Assembly (NCBI GenBank): GCA_973851085.1
Contig: OZ316775.1
Coordinates: 15,872,001 to 15,936,000, forward strand
DNA: 64,000 bases
Origin: Ptychomitrium polyphyllum
Lineage: Eukaryota
Direction: 5' to 3'
Shown here one piece after another: positions 1 through 13,565 of the stretch. Numbering within the stretch: the first letter of the stretch is position 1; each line of letters starts with the position of its first letter. The position numbers were made by a program, and so were the translations under genes. Under the pieces are notes generated by a model. The model did no database searches. It was not told the origin of the DNA and saw nothing but the letters and a program-made list of their open reading frames with translations.

Positions 1-2838
1 AAACCCTTTAACTCGGTCTCAGTGAGAACTTTATCGTGGTCTGGGTCGAAATGATCAAATAACCTGCCAAAACACAATGCATACATGAATTGGGTAACTT
101 AGTTCAGAGCTGTCTTTAGAAACCGAACGCTTTTCTGTTGGCAGAGGAAGCAATTTCACGGAGTTAAATTCTGAGCGCCAAACCTCACGACCACTCTAAC
201 TGAACAAGAAGATACTTCATAATCACCAAACCTACCTAACCAGCGCCTCCTCATTTGGTTTCCCTCCATCTATGAAAAGACTGCCCCAGTTCTGTTCATG
301 AGTGTGATAAGACATCTTGTGAAGAGCGTGGCTTCTCCTGTATCTGGTCTTTGCCCAATCTATCCTCCTTTCCTGAATCCAAGGAGCAACAAGCTGCATC
401 CAACCCAAACAAAATGCACTTTGTTGAGAGAACTAACACAATGCAGAGAACACATTAACAACCATCAATTAGCTTCAGGCAAGAAGCTCTTACTCATGTT
501 AACCCACCTGATAAGTACAGTAGGCGATGAGACCAAGTGTTGCAATAACAGCAGCAATTGCGATGAAAAAATGCCCTTCAGTTTTCAAGCCGAATAGTCG
601 AGGTATTTGTGCCACAAGAAAGGGTAGGAGAGTGCCCATCATAATCCAAGATGCCCATTTCGTTTGATTGTCGTTGGTGACTCCCGTCTCTGCTCCCAAT
701 GTGCCCAGCCGCTCAATATTAATCCAGTCTCATCTTAAGCAGAAGACTTTGATAACCAACAAGAAAAGAATCTTTGAATCACCCTTCCAATTATTCCAGT
801 CAATATCTCGCATACAATAGCAAGTGAGGTGAGCATCGGTAAAACAAACAAGGGGAGCTTTTAAATGAGTCAACATAGTATCTTCAATTTATGAACAGAA
901 TTTGCCCTATTACATTGAATATTGATGAAATCTTTGTTGAATTTTCAATTTTAAAGCTGAACATTTCATTGAATTCTAAAGCTGAACGAAGTACAATTCG
1001 CTTTTTCCTATTAAAATTAAAAACATGCTTCATACTTTTCTAGTAGATGACATTCGTTCTGTGCACCAATGAAAATCAATACGTCTCTTTTTACAGGTAT
1101 TTTTTCGCACACCATTACTTACGAAAGTAAAAAACAAGCTGTTCTTTGAGTCAAATCGAACGTTCACTACAAAAATCAACTAATTGACCAAAACAGTGTA
1201 AAAGACTGTCGTACATTAAACCTTTCCAATCTGTCTAATTAAACACCGAATTTTTTTAACCAAAACATGTTACAAGATTAACAGAGATAAAGATGGCACC
1301 TGTAAGACTGAACCCCTTGGTTAACGTCCGATCCTTGGCCACAAGTGTGCCATTGGTCGGATGTGGCACAAGATCGCATCGGCCAACAATAAGGCACGCT
1401 CCCCAAAGCGCAGTGAGCACCATCACTGATGATCCAGCAACCAAACCCATGCCCACGAGCACTTCCTCCTGTGCATCTGCCTGGCTTGCCCCCAATCCCG
1501 ACGCTGCAATCCACATATTTACCACATTAGTTACATAACAGGTGTTCCACTTGCACTTGTTATGCAGAACATGAAAGAACCTCAGGCGTCGCTCATTTTA
1601 TAGTCTAAGGCTCTACTTCCGAGTCCCAACTTGGTTGACAAAAACAGAGACTGCATTCTGTTCTTGTATTTCAATAACGCAAAAAAACAGGCATGCGAAG
1701 TCCTTTGATTAAAAAAACAGTATAAGATGATAGAAAAACGTTTTTAAAAAGTTCATGAACATTTTTAGGAGGATGTACTTGGCGAAACAACCACCGATAG
1801 GAACCAAAACCCACTGAACTGCATGTACTAAGTTTACGTCTAAAGATCCAGTAGGTACAGCATGGCGTTCTGGTATTCGCATTTCTTGTCTGCAGAGTCT
1901 CGCGATAAGCTCAATTTAGCAAGTTCCCTTTACATTCTTTCTGGGTACTAAAATTCAAGTGGCAGAAGAGCATCCCCTTTCCACGTTCGTCCATTAATTC
2001 CAAGTGAGTGTTGCAGGAAGCCGCGCCGAAGAGTGGGAGAATTTCCAAGAATACAGCTGGGAAGTTACAACAATATACGAATAATGTCGTTTCATATTCT
2101 TCACGGAACTTGAGACAGGTCCGCAGCAATTCCACTAATACCGTAAAGGCGACCTCCAACGGCTCCTCCACGCCACCGATGCAGCATTTAACACGTAATC
2201 TACTCGGGTGGGAGCAACCTGCGGCGACCTCCCTCGCTCTGAAAACTCGTTCAAAAACCAAACAATCCCAAACCTTCAAAATGAATCGACCCTGTAATCA
2301 CCCGCAACAGTGCACCCAATTACCCAATCCCAAAAAACCCCGCCGGCTCGCTTGTTCATGGCCAGAACGTGCACAAGGTGCAGCAGCGTCGTCATGGAGG
2401 TGGCTTACCAGCAATGAGCAATGCGTCCGGGAAGGCGCCGAGGACGGGCAGCACGAGGCCCCCAATAACACCCGGGCTCATGACCGTCAGCAGCAGCTCG
2501 CTCCCATCCGACAGCAGCTGCGCAGCCCGGAGCAGCATGTAGCCGTAGATCACGAGCAGCGCCGCGTTTCCGCCCAGACTCGTGGAACACGGCATAATCC
2601 CGTAGTGCTCCTCGCAATCGCCCCTCGCCCGCAGCCCCCACTTCCCAAAAACTTTCCCCACCACCCGGTACCATGGCTGCGCCGCCTGCCCCCTCCCCAC
2701 CACCGACTCAATCCTCCACACATTGTCACCATGGACCCCCTCCACTTCCGCTCCCACCCCCCCAGCTTGCAATCCCAGCAGCAACACCGCGCCAATCAAC
2801 CACGCTCCCAACCAGCGCCGTCCCCTGCAGCACCCCAT
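1..2838 (-). CDS. NCL: Na+/Ca2+ exchanger-like protein with EF-hand (NCL/EF-CAX family), 5' part; the gene runs off the left edge. Exons: 2838-2409, 1503-1300, 689-508, 393-236, 63-<1
   Basis: Spliced translation gives a signal peptide, then CEEHYGIMPCSTSLGGN..LLSDGSELLLTVMSPGVIGGLVLPVLGAFPDALLI, EVLVGMGLVAGSSVMVLTALWG and an EF-hand LFDHFDPDHDKVLTETELKG. All introns are GT-AG and frame-compatible. Confidence 0.93.
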
Positions 2839-5079
2839 CTCGTCACGACGTCGCGGCGAAGTGCATGCGCCTCCAGGCTGTACTGAGTCTCGTCACCTAG
2901 AAGCAACATGCAAAAACTCAGAAACAAAGGTCACTGGAATCTGCATGAAAATCCGGAATCCCGATGAAAGCTTGGAACTTGCAGTACGTTACGTCGGGTT
3001 GGGGCCGTCGGCGACGCGGAGAGGCCCCCGGTCCTCTGGCAGCGACGGCGGATCTGCACGGCGACGCGTTGGACGCTTCTCTCGGACTCTCGGACGTACT
3101 ACGCGGGTACCGCGTAGGTCGGAACCTCGTGGAGTGGGGCCCAGCACTAGGTACTGGCCTGCACTTTGGGTCGGGTGTGGGGTAGGTAACCGGGCCTGTA
3201 CGTAAATACATCCTTTCTGTTGCTGCTGGTCGGCGGTCGTGTCTTCGGATAATATGCGTTACAGCACAGCCTCGGCAAGTTGCGCTGGCGTGTATGGTGA
3301 AGTTGAGTTCAGGACTTCTCTCCATATTTTTACCTTTTCCGTTGTTGGACCAGCAAAGGGGTGGGTTACACGTGGGGTCCAGGTGTAGATGGCGGCAAGT
3401 GGTTGCAAGCCCCTCGTCCTGTTGGTGGAGAAGTTGGAAACGACTTTAACTGTTTTAGATGAGGGGCCAGGATTCTTGCGTAAGTTGTTCTGTTTTTCAA
3501 TTCACTAAAACACAGACGACATCTAAGCCAACTGAAATGGTGCTACTGTTTTGAAGGTTTGTTGTTTGGCTGTTAAAGCCGATTTGCCAATTGTGAAGGC
3601 TATCTATAGGGATGCACATGAATGGAAATTTATGTTTGTAAGGAGGCTCGAATAAAAAAAACATTCCAAAAGTGCTATTTCTGGTTTTAAATTAAAATAG
3701 AAAAATAAATATTTTTTTTATAGAAGTTCTAAATATAAGAATTACAACCAAACTATTTAGAAGAATGTGTAATTTACTTCTTGATAGCAAAAGTGACTAC
3801 ACAAATTGGACGATTTATATCATTTGAAGCAAAGGAGAAAATTAAATTTGCATTTTAACCAACATCTAAGAAGATCAACAAACTTTAATTCCATCTAAAC
3901 AATCAATGCAAAGATTGTAGCTTTTTCTAAAATACAAACACAAAAATATATATTAAAAATTCATGAAAAAATTCTAACTTCTACCTATGATAATGTAGTG
4001 GAAGGTGCCAATGTTTTAAAATTCTATTCAACAAGGTCACCAAATTTTAGTTTGTCTCAAATTCGAAATTTTTACACTATTAAGTGTAAACATGATAAAA
4101 TGTGCAACAAAAGTTGAGCAAAAAGTTTCATTTCATGAATCTTTTAGGATTAAATCCAAAAAATACTATTTGATAACTAATAACTTGATATTTTTCTTAA
4201 AGAATTATTTTAAATAAATTTAAGAATCAATTTGTAGAATTACATTTCAAAAATGTCATATTGTGGTGTCTTTTATATTGTAAGCAACTTCCAAAAAGTT
4301 AAATTTTTATAACATAAATCCAAAATTCATATTAAAGTATGGAAGTTGGTGTTTTTTTGCAAATTTTATAAAATACATATATGACACACGTTTTATAATA
4401 ATGATATTCTTTTAAATCATGATTTTTTACTTTAACAATGATTTGATTGAAACATGGATTAATTTTACAAATATATTTTAAAAGGAATTCTTTCCACGGT
4501 ATTATTCAATGTTTATTTAGCAACAACCTATTTTGCACTTTATAATGTTTGTATCATGGAGAAAGATTTTCTAATATGACAACATCAAAGAAAATTATAT
4601 TGTTACTCTTGCAATAAATCTTAAAGGTAATAGAAAGATGCAACTTAATTTTTTGAGTTTTTCAATAAAGAGCAAAACTATTTAGAATGTACAACCTTTA
4701 CTCATGATGACTTGTAAAAAGTTATTTATTTCAACAAAATTTATACATTTATCTAATTTTTAAAAAGTCACCTTGAAAATTGATATTATAGGGATTTATC
4801 TTTAAAAAAATTTAAGAAGTGAATTGGTCTAAAAATATATAACTTCAATTCCATATAGAAATTACTTTCAAATTTTATTTTATTTTTAATTCTCAAAGTA
4901 ATACAAATCTATAGAAATTTACATAGATATTAAGGGTAAATGATCATAATTAACACAAAATGAATAATCCTTAGTTCTTATTTATTTAATATATGTTGTG
5001 TTTGTTTATAGATTGCAATGATTGTATTAATCTATAGCTTGATTATAAATTTTATTTTAAATTGCTATCATGGACATAT

Positions 5080-5300
5080 ATTAGAAGCTTTTAGAAAGAC
5101 CTAGAAGGTCGAAGAAGGTTAAAGAAAATTCTTAAAAGATTTAGGCGTCTCTAAGAAGTTGCTAAAGAAGCTACCTTGGTCTTAAAACGTTCCAATGAAT
5201 CAAGAAAATTCTTAAAGTTATCTGAATGCAAAGCATTATATTGGTTGTATACTAAAAAACTTCCAAAAATTTCTAAATCTGTAATAATACATAGAAATCA
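5080..5300. repeat. Degenerate repeat remnant rich in TTAGAAG/CTAGAAG-like motifs, possibly an old LTR-retrotransposon fragment
   Basis: Clustered ttagaag/ctagaagg/ctaagaag motifs in AT-rich DNA; a similar low-complexity pattern is seen at ~26750-26990. No coding remnant recognised. Confidence 0.35.
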
Positions 5301-8300
5301 AGGTTGAAAGAATCTTTAATCTCAACATTACATCTCTTATTCTCTAACTTAAATCTTTTGAACTTATACCTTGTCATGATTCTTGGTTCTTGATATAAAA
5401 TCTAGCAATTTTATTTTCAAATTCTTATCTTGTAAATGTGTTTATACGCAACTAACTTAAACGCAAAGCTGAACAAATCATTTTTATAAAAACAACATAA
5501 ACTTCTATGTTTTTATTATGAACTTCACTTGTGTCTTTTAATTCATTGCATTTAAACTAGTTGTATATAAACACAAACATTTAATAAAACATAACTCTCA
5601 CATACTTTAAACAATTTATGAACTTAAGCATATTTACTTTAATCTATAAAATAGAAATTTGGTCATGAGATATATATTTGATTTTACAACATATTAGACA
5701 ACTTCTTGACTTTCATTAACTATGTGCAAACTACTACAACATTGTACTTTTTAATTCATTTGATGCAACATTCAAAGTAACATTATTATGGAAGATCGTA
5801 TTTTTAATGTTTAGGTTATTAAGTTGATACAATTTTCTCTATAAATATGTATGATATATGATCAAAAAAACTATAGTATAATTAAGAAAAATCACTATTA
5901 CATTATCTATGAAAAATAATTTAAAAATTTTCAAAATCTTTTGGATATTTTCTTGTATTCTTGGAATGTTTTTTGGTTTCTTTTTAGAATATTAATTGAA
6001 AATTTTACCTTTTATCTAATATTGTATTTAGAACAACAATTGCCATTATTGTGTCTTCAACAAAATATGTATAAGTAAGTGTTGATTAAGGTATAATCAA
6101 TCCAGATTATTATACATTTTAATCTAGATTCTAGAAGTTGAATTTTTAAATCCAATCACATTAAAAGTTTTAGTGAATTTTTCAATATCTAGAGCATTCT
6201 ATGTTAATAACACATTTTTATAAATGAATGATAGAATATTATGAACATCCAAAATCTAAAATTGCAAGGTGTTACATACTTTGGTATCCCCTGTCATGAA
6301 ATCGATCTACAGTCAATTGAAACAATTTATTGGTTCTGTCTTCCTTGTCCCTGATTATTATGCTCGTCTAGGTGGCTTCTGTGGTGGCCATGAGTAATGC
6401 CTTCTTGTTACAGGGCTTCCTATTAGTTGTCTTCGGTTGTCCCTGTCTTGTACTTGGTCTTGCTTGATATGTTCTTGGTTATATGTCGGTGTTACTGATT
6501 GTCTGGTGCTACTACTATCTCTTGCTGCAATACATAGGGAAAATTAGAGTTGATAGTCTAAAGGAGAAAAAGAAACAAAAAAAACTTGTTCTGCACAAAT
6601 GCAGGGTAAAAAGGCATGACAAAATCTAACAAAGACACTTCTACAGTCGTTCAGGACAGGGACAAGGACAAGGCGGTTTCTGTACATTGTGAAGTCCCTT
6701 AAGTACAAAACATCGTAACATCGTGTCAGAAAACAAAATGTGTCAGGCCTGCACCGATGTCTTTCATGCCACCTTCTTACACATTGAATTATAGTTTAGT
6801 AGTCAATTTTTTTGGTCCAGCCTTTGTAGTACAAAAACAGTACAAGACAGTTTCTCAGCCAGATTGGTTCACGCAGTTTTTGGGGACTTACGAATTTTGT
6901 TCACACTTTGGATCTCGTTTTATATTTTAGGATTCAAGTAAGAATAAACCATGGCAAGAATCAGCCTCGAGTGGTCACATGACTAAGAATCCTTGCATGA
7001 CAAGGACGAGACAGGCACATGGCTGAGGCTTTGCAAGTGCGATTTTTTTTCTTTCTTTCTCCTTGCTTGTGAAGAAGGTCACTTTTGGTGCAGTTGCTAG
7101 GTGGCCAACATCACGAAGCTTGTTAGATCTACACTAGACAACATTAACAACAATAGACAACATTGCGCAACAACAATGAGAACAGTGCACAGCATTAACA
7201 ACAGTGGACGACATTGCACAACAGACTCCAGACAGTTTTGCAACAGCCTTAAGACTTGGCGCAGTTTCAGCTTTACAGAACATCACAACCAGATGCAGTC
7301 AGGTACAACAGCAACAAGATAATAGCACTGCAACAGGGCTGCACCAAGAGGGCAAGCCGACTAATAACACCAAGAAGAGCAGCACAACCAAAAACATCAA
7401 GATCACAACCAAGATGACCACGGCAAAGCTAATGCATAAGTGGGCGACGACGATGGCGGAGAGACGCAGCTCCACTTTAGGATTTGTGAAATCTCATCTG
7501 CGAGTATCTCAAAATAAACGACCACATGCGAAACAGTAGGATATCCACGTAAGCATGACGACAACTGGATTTGTGACATCCTCTTTTCTTTTTTGGGAAC
7601 CAACATGCTATTACTATTTATCATACGACAGACGCAGACAAGGTACCTCCTACACCTGGTAGGTATGTAGAGAGTGTTACAGGTTCATAGTTCAGGTCGG
7701 TGCACTACTACGGGCCCAGCATATCAGATGCCAATGCTTTCTTGCCAGGGTCGCTCAACTTGGCCTCAACACTGACAACCCTTGGTGCTCGCAACTTGAT
7801 CAAAAAAAAGTTAATGAAAGAAATCCTTCAGTATCTTACTGTCAGTTACAATTTTAGATGAAATTCTAGCACTGCGAATCCAGTTCAGTTCATTCTAAGA
7901 CACTTCTGATAGTGGCTATCGCACAACAAGGATTGGATCCTTAAGCATTTTAAACAAGATAAAAATAATAATTATAGTAGTTTGCATGAATGAGCTTTGA
8001 GAAGGCAAGTTGAGGAGGCAAGTTGTCTGGGAAGTATTTATCATTTCCCATTTTTAGAAGATATTCACACTTTTAAGGGCATGGAATTTCTCCAAGGATG
8101 GATCAAATGAACATCCTTGACACCTCACTCACCTTTATTTCTTAGATGTAGGATTCAGAGTCTTTCACTCATACAAATCATTTCTCATCTTTAGAATTTT
8201 CAAAGCTATACTCTTTAAGGATGCACTTAGTGTTTATTTCCTTTTGAAGAAAAGAGAAGGTATTGCAATTATTGAAGGATGTAATAGTTGGAAAGTTATT

Positions 8301-11300
8301 TAATATGATTTCTGTTTTGTAATGATTTATAGATTACAGGAAATTACAAATAAAAGCATAGGCATACAACTTTAGTGTAGTTATTGTTCCATCTCACCAT
8401 TACAAGTTTAGTTAGAAAATATCCATATTTGTCTTTAAAAACAACTTATCTTAATGTATATTCATCAAATTGAGTAATGAAATATATTGGGATATATGTA
8501 ATTGCATAACAGAAGAATAAGAAAAGTTCTATCATCAAGTGATCAAATGATAACTACAGGATGCAAGATGGTTGATATAATAAAAGAGAATTGACTCCAA
8601 ATAATGTCACCGACAAAATGAGATGAAATCCAACCTCTCTCTGAAGCAGCCATGAATCAAAGAATCTATGTCATCAACTGTAAAAACACAGAAGGTGTAC
8701 TTTATGGCTTGTTGGTTCCAATAATTCAAGTGCACCAGTGTTATGTTTTAAAAGTTCTCATTTTCTTGAGTTTGTGCACTGCCCAACTTACGTCGATTTT
8801 ACTTCACAATCAGTGCATTTATACGATTGTTCGTCAAGCTCCTCAAGCCTGCATTGAACCAGTCTGTATCAGAGGTGCATATGGACCCAAGGTAGCTGGG
8901 TGAAAGCAGTCAGGCGCGAAGACGTGTTGCAGTAGTGACAACATCACGCCGACACGGTTTGCATAAGCATCTTTGTGGTGCCATGTGCAAGCTCATGCAA
9001 CTCCTCTGCCAAAGTTATCGAGTACGCAGCAAACTCTCTTTTCCAAATACTTGCTATAACGTAGTATAATGAATGAATGTTCCCTGTATTGATAAGCAAT
9101 GCCTTTTGGTGATTGGGTTTCTGAAATTATTAAGCTGAATTGTTATGGGCACACCAGCAGCCATAGAGTTTCTTTAGCTGGAGACTCTGCACCACAATGA
9201 AATAGTAATAGAACAATATTTCACTTATTCTTGAAGTTTTTAATTCGTAATGGTTGCAAGGTGCCTTCAGATTTGAGGACTTGAGAAAGACTATTATAAA
9301 GTAGTACTTGGGAGAAGTCCTTGGAGTTGATGTATAAATACAAGTTGTAGATTTTAACTATTAGATTTCATGTATGTAGTCATATTCACAAATGCTATCA
9401 CTTATAATATTTTCTTAAGAATAACTTTACAATTAGTACTCTTTCTAACTTCAATCAAGAAAATTATCAAAAAATTTGACTAAAAGCTATTGGAATGCAT
9501 TTGAAATGGCATGATCTTGGCATGGTAATTTCTTGAAATACTTGTATTTATTTAAATCTATTCCTTCAATTTTATAAGACTTATTTAGAACTAAAGTCAA
9601 TGCAAATTTTACTTGGTTTCAATTTCACACAATTTGACATCATGGTTTAATATAGTATGCATTCTAGTAATACCAATTCCAATTATAGAATATAAGAACG
9701 TCTTTATGAACTAGCTTCAAGAAAATCTTTTCAATAGAAGACTTGCAATGAAGGAAAACCTGTAGAGAAAATTTGTCATCAATTCAAAATGGAATAATAC
9801 AACATTTAGACACTAGACTTTGTATGTTGTAGGATAAATGGCTAGTGCTATATTAAAATAGTGGGTCCGGTGTCATCATGTTAAAAGATGTTATAGCAAT
9901 TAAATAATAATAAGAATTCTAATAATAAATTTAGTATGAGAGAATGAAAAGTTGCTAATGAGCTTTCTTACCAACATCAATAGTGGTTCATTTTAAAATT
10001 TCAAAATAAAATATATTGTACAAAAAATATAATGAATTAAGAGGGATTATTAAATTTTAAGTTTTTAATGTTGCAATAGTTTTATAAATGAAAACCATTG
10101 TTTTACATAGTTTGAATTGCTTAAAGTTGTTATTGCTATGTCTATTATTTTAAACATTAGAATGCATCACCATTGTCTAGTACTAATAAATTTGAATCTT
10201 TCAATGCATATGGCCTCATGGATTTTGACATGATCCACATGATTTACAATGAGTCTACTATAAGATGGTATGCTCAAAATTTTCATATATTACTTCCATT
10301 TACACCTCTAATATTTCAAAAGCAATGATGTTTTAAGATTAAAAAAAATCCTTACTCCTCCATAGATTTAATTTTAATTTTAATTTAGCTTTATTAATGT
10401 AACTTGAATTGGTTTTAATGATATAAAAATGTTATCCATTTAATGTATTATTCATTTGTAATTATTTGTTGTATGTCATTATTAGATGGGAATTGATCTT
10501 TGACTTAGGTTAAGGGCTTCTTTGTACCTTTTCTTATTTTTTAAGGAAGAAGAGATTTTGTCATGTTTAGGAAATTCTAGCAATATGATTGGTCAAACAT
10601 TATTGAATTTTCTTGTTAGGCTTTACACCTTGTCCCTTTGCCCACAAAAAAAGAAATTCAAAGATGGATTTGGCTACCTCCATTTAGCAATATAATAGGC
10701 AATTATTGTAATGAACTCTTTTCTCATTGATCATTTGGGAAGTGCTTTTGGGATGGTGATCAAAAAGTTTAGTCACAAAAGAAATTCTTTTTGCACCCAA
10801 ACATTATTTCAATATCTTCCCATTTTCTTCTATAGATTATCCTTTGCTTAAAACACCCTTCTCTTTCACTATTTTTTTGTCCTTCCCATCTCCTAGCATC
10901 TCCTGCACAAGAAGGCTTAAAGTGGCCAAAATTGACAAGGTTCTGCAACAAATCCCAAATCCCAAATCCCACTCATCTCTGGTTATTATAGACTTCTTCC
11001 AAACTTAGGATTTGCTTCCATGCAATGTTGGACCGCATCACCTTAGGCCCACATCTCAGATTCACATGCACCAATTCACCCAATCCATCTTCCTCGACAA
11101 GTCGAAGAACGTGCAAGATGAAGTCCCAAGCTGATCCAGCTTCTGTTTCTGTATGTGTACCGGACTTGGAAAATATATACCAACTTAAAACGTTCTTTTG
11201 AACCAAAATGATATACTCGCTGACAAGTTAAAAAGTAGAAGTACAAGAAAAAGATAACGAAGAGGAAGATAATATATTTTAAGAAGATTGGAATGCGAGG

Positions 11301-13125
11301 GATGAAAGAATATGTTGTAGCGCATACTTTCAAGGAGAGGGAGGAGAAGCTTTCAACTGGAGCTGCATATGCCTGATTAGATCCAGTAGTTAAAACACAC
11401 GAAGCTCAGCTGTGGACCCATGGAATGGACCCAAGGGGTGTGTCTTGTGGGTCATGCAAACAGCCCAACTTGGCGAGCTACAGACTCGGTAAACAGAATA
11501 GAATCTGAGTTCAAATCTATGAGACTATGAACTGGGTTACATACAGGACAGTCATGGGTCCCCTAATCACTGATCATAAATCTGATAGGATCCACAGGCC
11601 TGGGCTTCATGTGGGATGCTTTGACACGGGCGACCTTCTTAGTGACCAATTCAAACGATTCAAGACTAGTAGGAGTTTTGTGCTAATTGCAGCTCTTTTT
11701 ACTAAACCAAAACTAACTTGCCTAGTTGTTCTTGGCTAATTGCTCATAAGGGAATTTTGAAAAACATGAATATAAATCATGTTCCCTACACAATATTAGG
11801 ATTTGTAGCTTTGCATATCCGGGTATCATCTATGTATCAACCTAATATCATTGTGATATCATGCTATTGTTATTTCATATTCTATGAAGTTTTCATTTTA
11901 AAAAATTTCCTAGTACATTTTTTTAATCTTTAGTAAAATGAGTAGAAGTATTGTTGATTAAATTTGACCAAAAGTATTTTTATTGTTTTGAACTATGTTT
12001 ATTATTTTGGTTATTGAAAGTTGGAAGATCCACATTAGATTGGAAACATAAAAACAATGTAATATAATGATTTTTTAATTCGCTATTTGTAAATAATTTT
12101 TGACACTTAACATATTGTGGCTCATTTTAACTATGGATTTTGAAATTAAAAAAGAGGAAACTTGCCAAATTCTTAAGAAAGATTGAGACATATATCCAAA
12201 TTTTATTAAATACCAACCAAATATCATATGGCATAGAAATAATGTAATTACATGATAAAATTGAATAATAAATCACAAGTGTAGCTTCTTTTGATGTTTT
12301 GAATCTAACCTATAAAAAAGTGAATTTCTATAGACATTATTTTTAATCAAAAAGTAGATATATTATCTTAACTTTGAAGAAAGTGAGGTGTGTAACTAAT
12401 TCATTTTCATATTTCAAAATGAGACATAAAAGTATCATCTAATGTAAAAGAAAGTGTTCAATTCCTTTATAAAGAAGTAATTATAATTTTCAAAAAGATT
12501 TTCTTTTATTCTTTAATCTTTTTGCAACTTCAAATTTTTTAATTATAAGAGTTATTTTTAATCATATCTTCAACCTCATCTTTCAATGCTTTAAAACAAT
12601 CCTAAGTAGCTCAGTACCATGGCAAACTTGCTTTTTTATAAATTTCAAATTTTCAATTGCATATATTTGGTAGATAAATTTGATTTTTAATAGTGGTTGG
12701 AAAAATCCACACACCATTATTAGGAATGAAACAAAAGTGAGTCAATAGAAAACTTTCTAATTTCTCTAAAAATTTACTACCATTTATTCATTTTATTGTG
12801 TTTTCATCATTCTTAATAATCTTATTTACAAGAAGGAATAAAGACTATAAAAACACTTTGATCCATACTAAACATAACAACCTTCATCCATCTTTAAAAT
12901 CATTTTTAAAAAAAGAAAATCCTTTTATTCTAATTTAGTAAACAACCCATGATGATGATAATGGATAATAGTACTAAAATGAATCTTAATGCTAAAATGT
13001 AACATAGTCATCATTGTCAAATGCCCTTGTTAGTACAATATATGTGTTTAATCCTTTAATTAAAAATATCTTCATCAATTATTAAAATGCAAGGTTTTTC
13101 AATTGATAAAGAATTGAAAGTTTCA

Positions 13126-13565
13126 CATGATGTGGCATTGCAAGCCAAGTCATATTGGATGGACAAGGTGTGCTTTAGTTTATGAAACTTTTCATCCATT
13201 TATTATTAATTGGTCTTATTAGTGCCAATTAGGATTTGGAAAGGGTGTTAGATAAAGAAGCCCTCTTGACTTGGCATTCTTTATAAGTGAAGTTTTACTA
13301 GTTCTTCTAGAAGATTTTCTCATTGTACTTTTGTTTGGATATAGAATATTAATGATTTAGTAAAACTTAGAGTTCTTTTTACCACTTGCACTTTTAGATT
13401 CTTCTTTTATGGAGTAAGAGTTGTATGACTTATTTATTGTAATTCTTTTTGGTTTCTTGAAGGTGCATTTGTTATGCATTCTTGTTTGAATTTGTTTATT
13501 ACAAGTTCAATCACAATTGTAGTACTCAATCTGTTGTTGTGTTGGGAGTTCTTTATTTACACAAC
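13126..13565 (+). mobile_element. Decayed dispersed repeat copy (LTR-like), homologous to 54169-54660
   Basis: Collinear blocks shared with the 54.2-54.65 kb copy: tgatgtggcatt/tgatatggcatt, ttttcatccat/ttttcatctat, cacttgcacttttagattcttc/cacttgcaatttggattcttc, tttatttacacaac/tttatttacataac. Confidence 0.6.

Noticed and set aside
2008..3325. Long ORFs such as 2008-2886 (292 aa) and 2723-3205
   Set aside because: Shadow frames of the GC-rich NCL first exon and promoter; low-complexity products with no recognisable domain.
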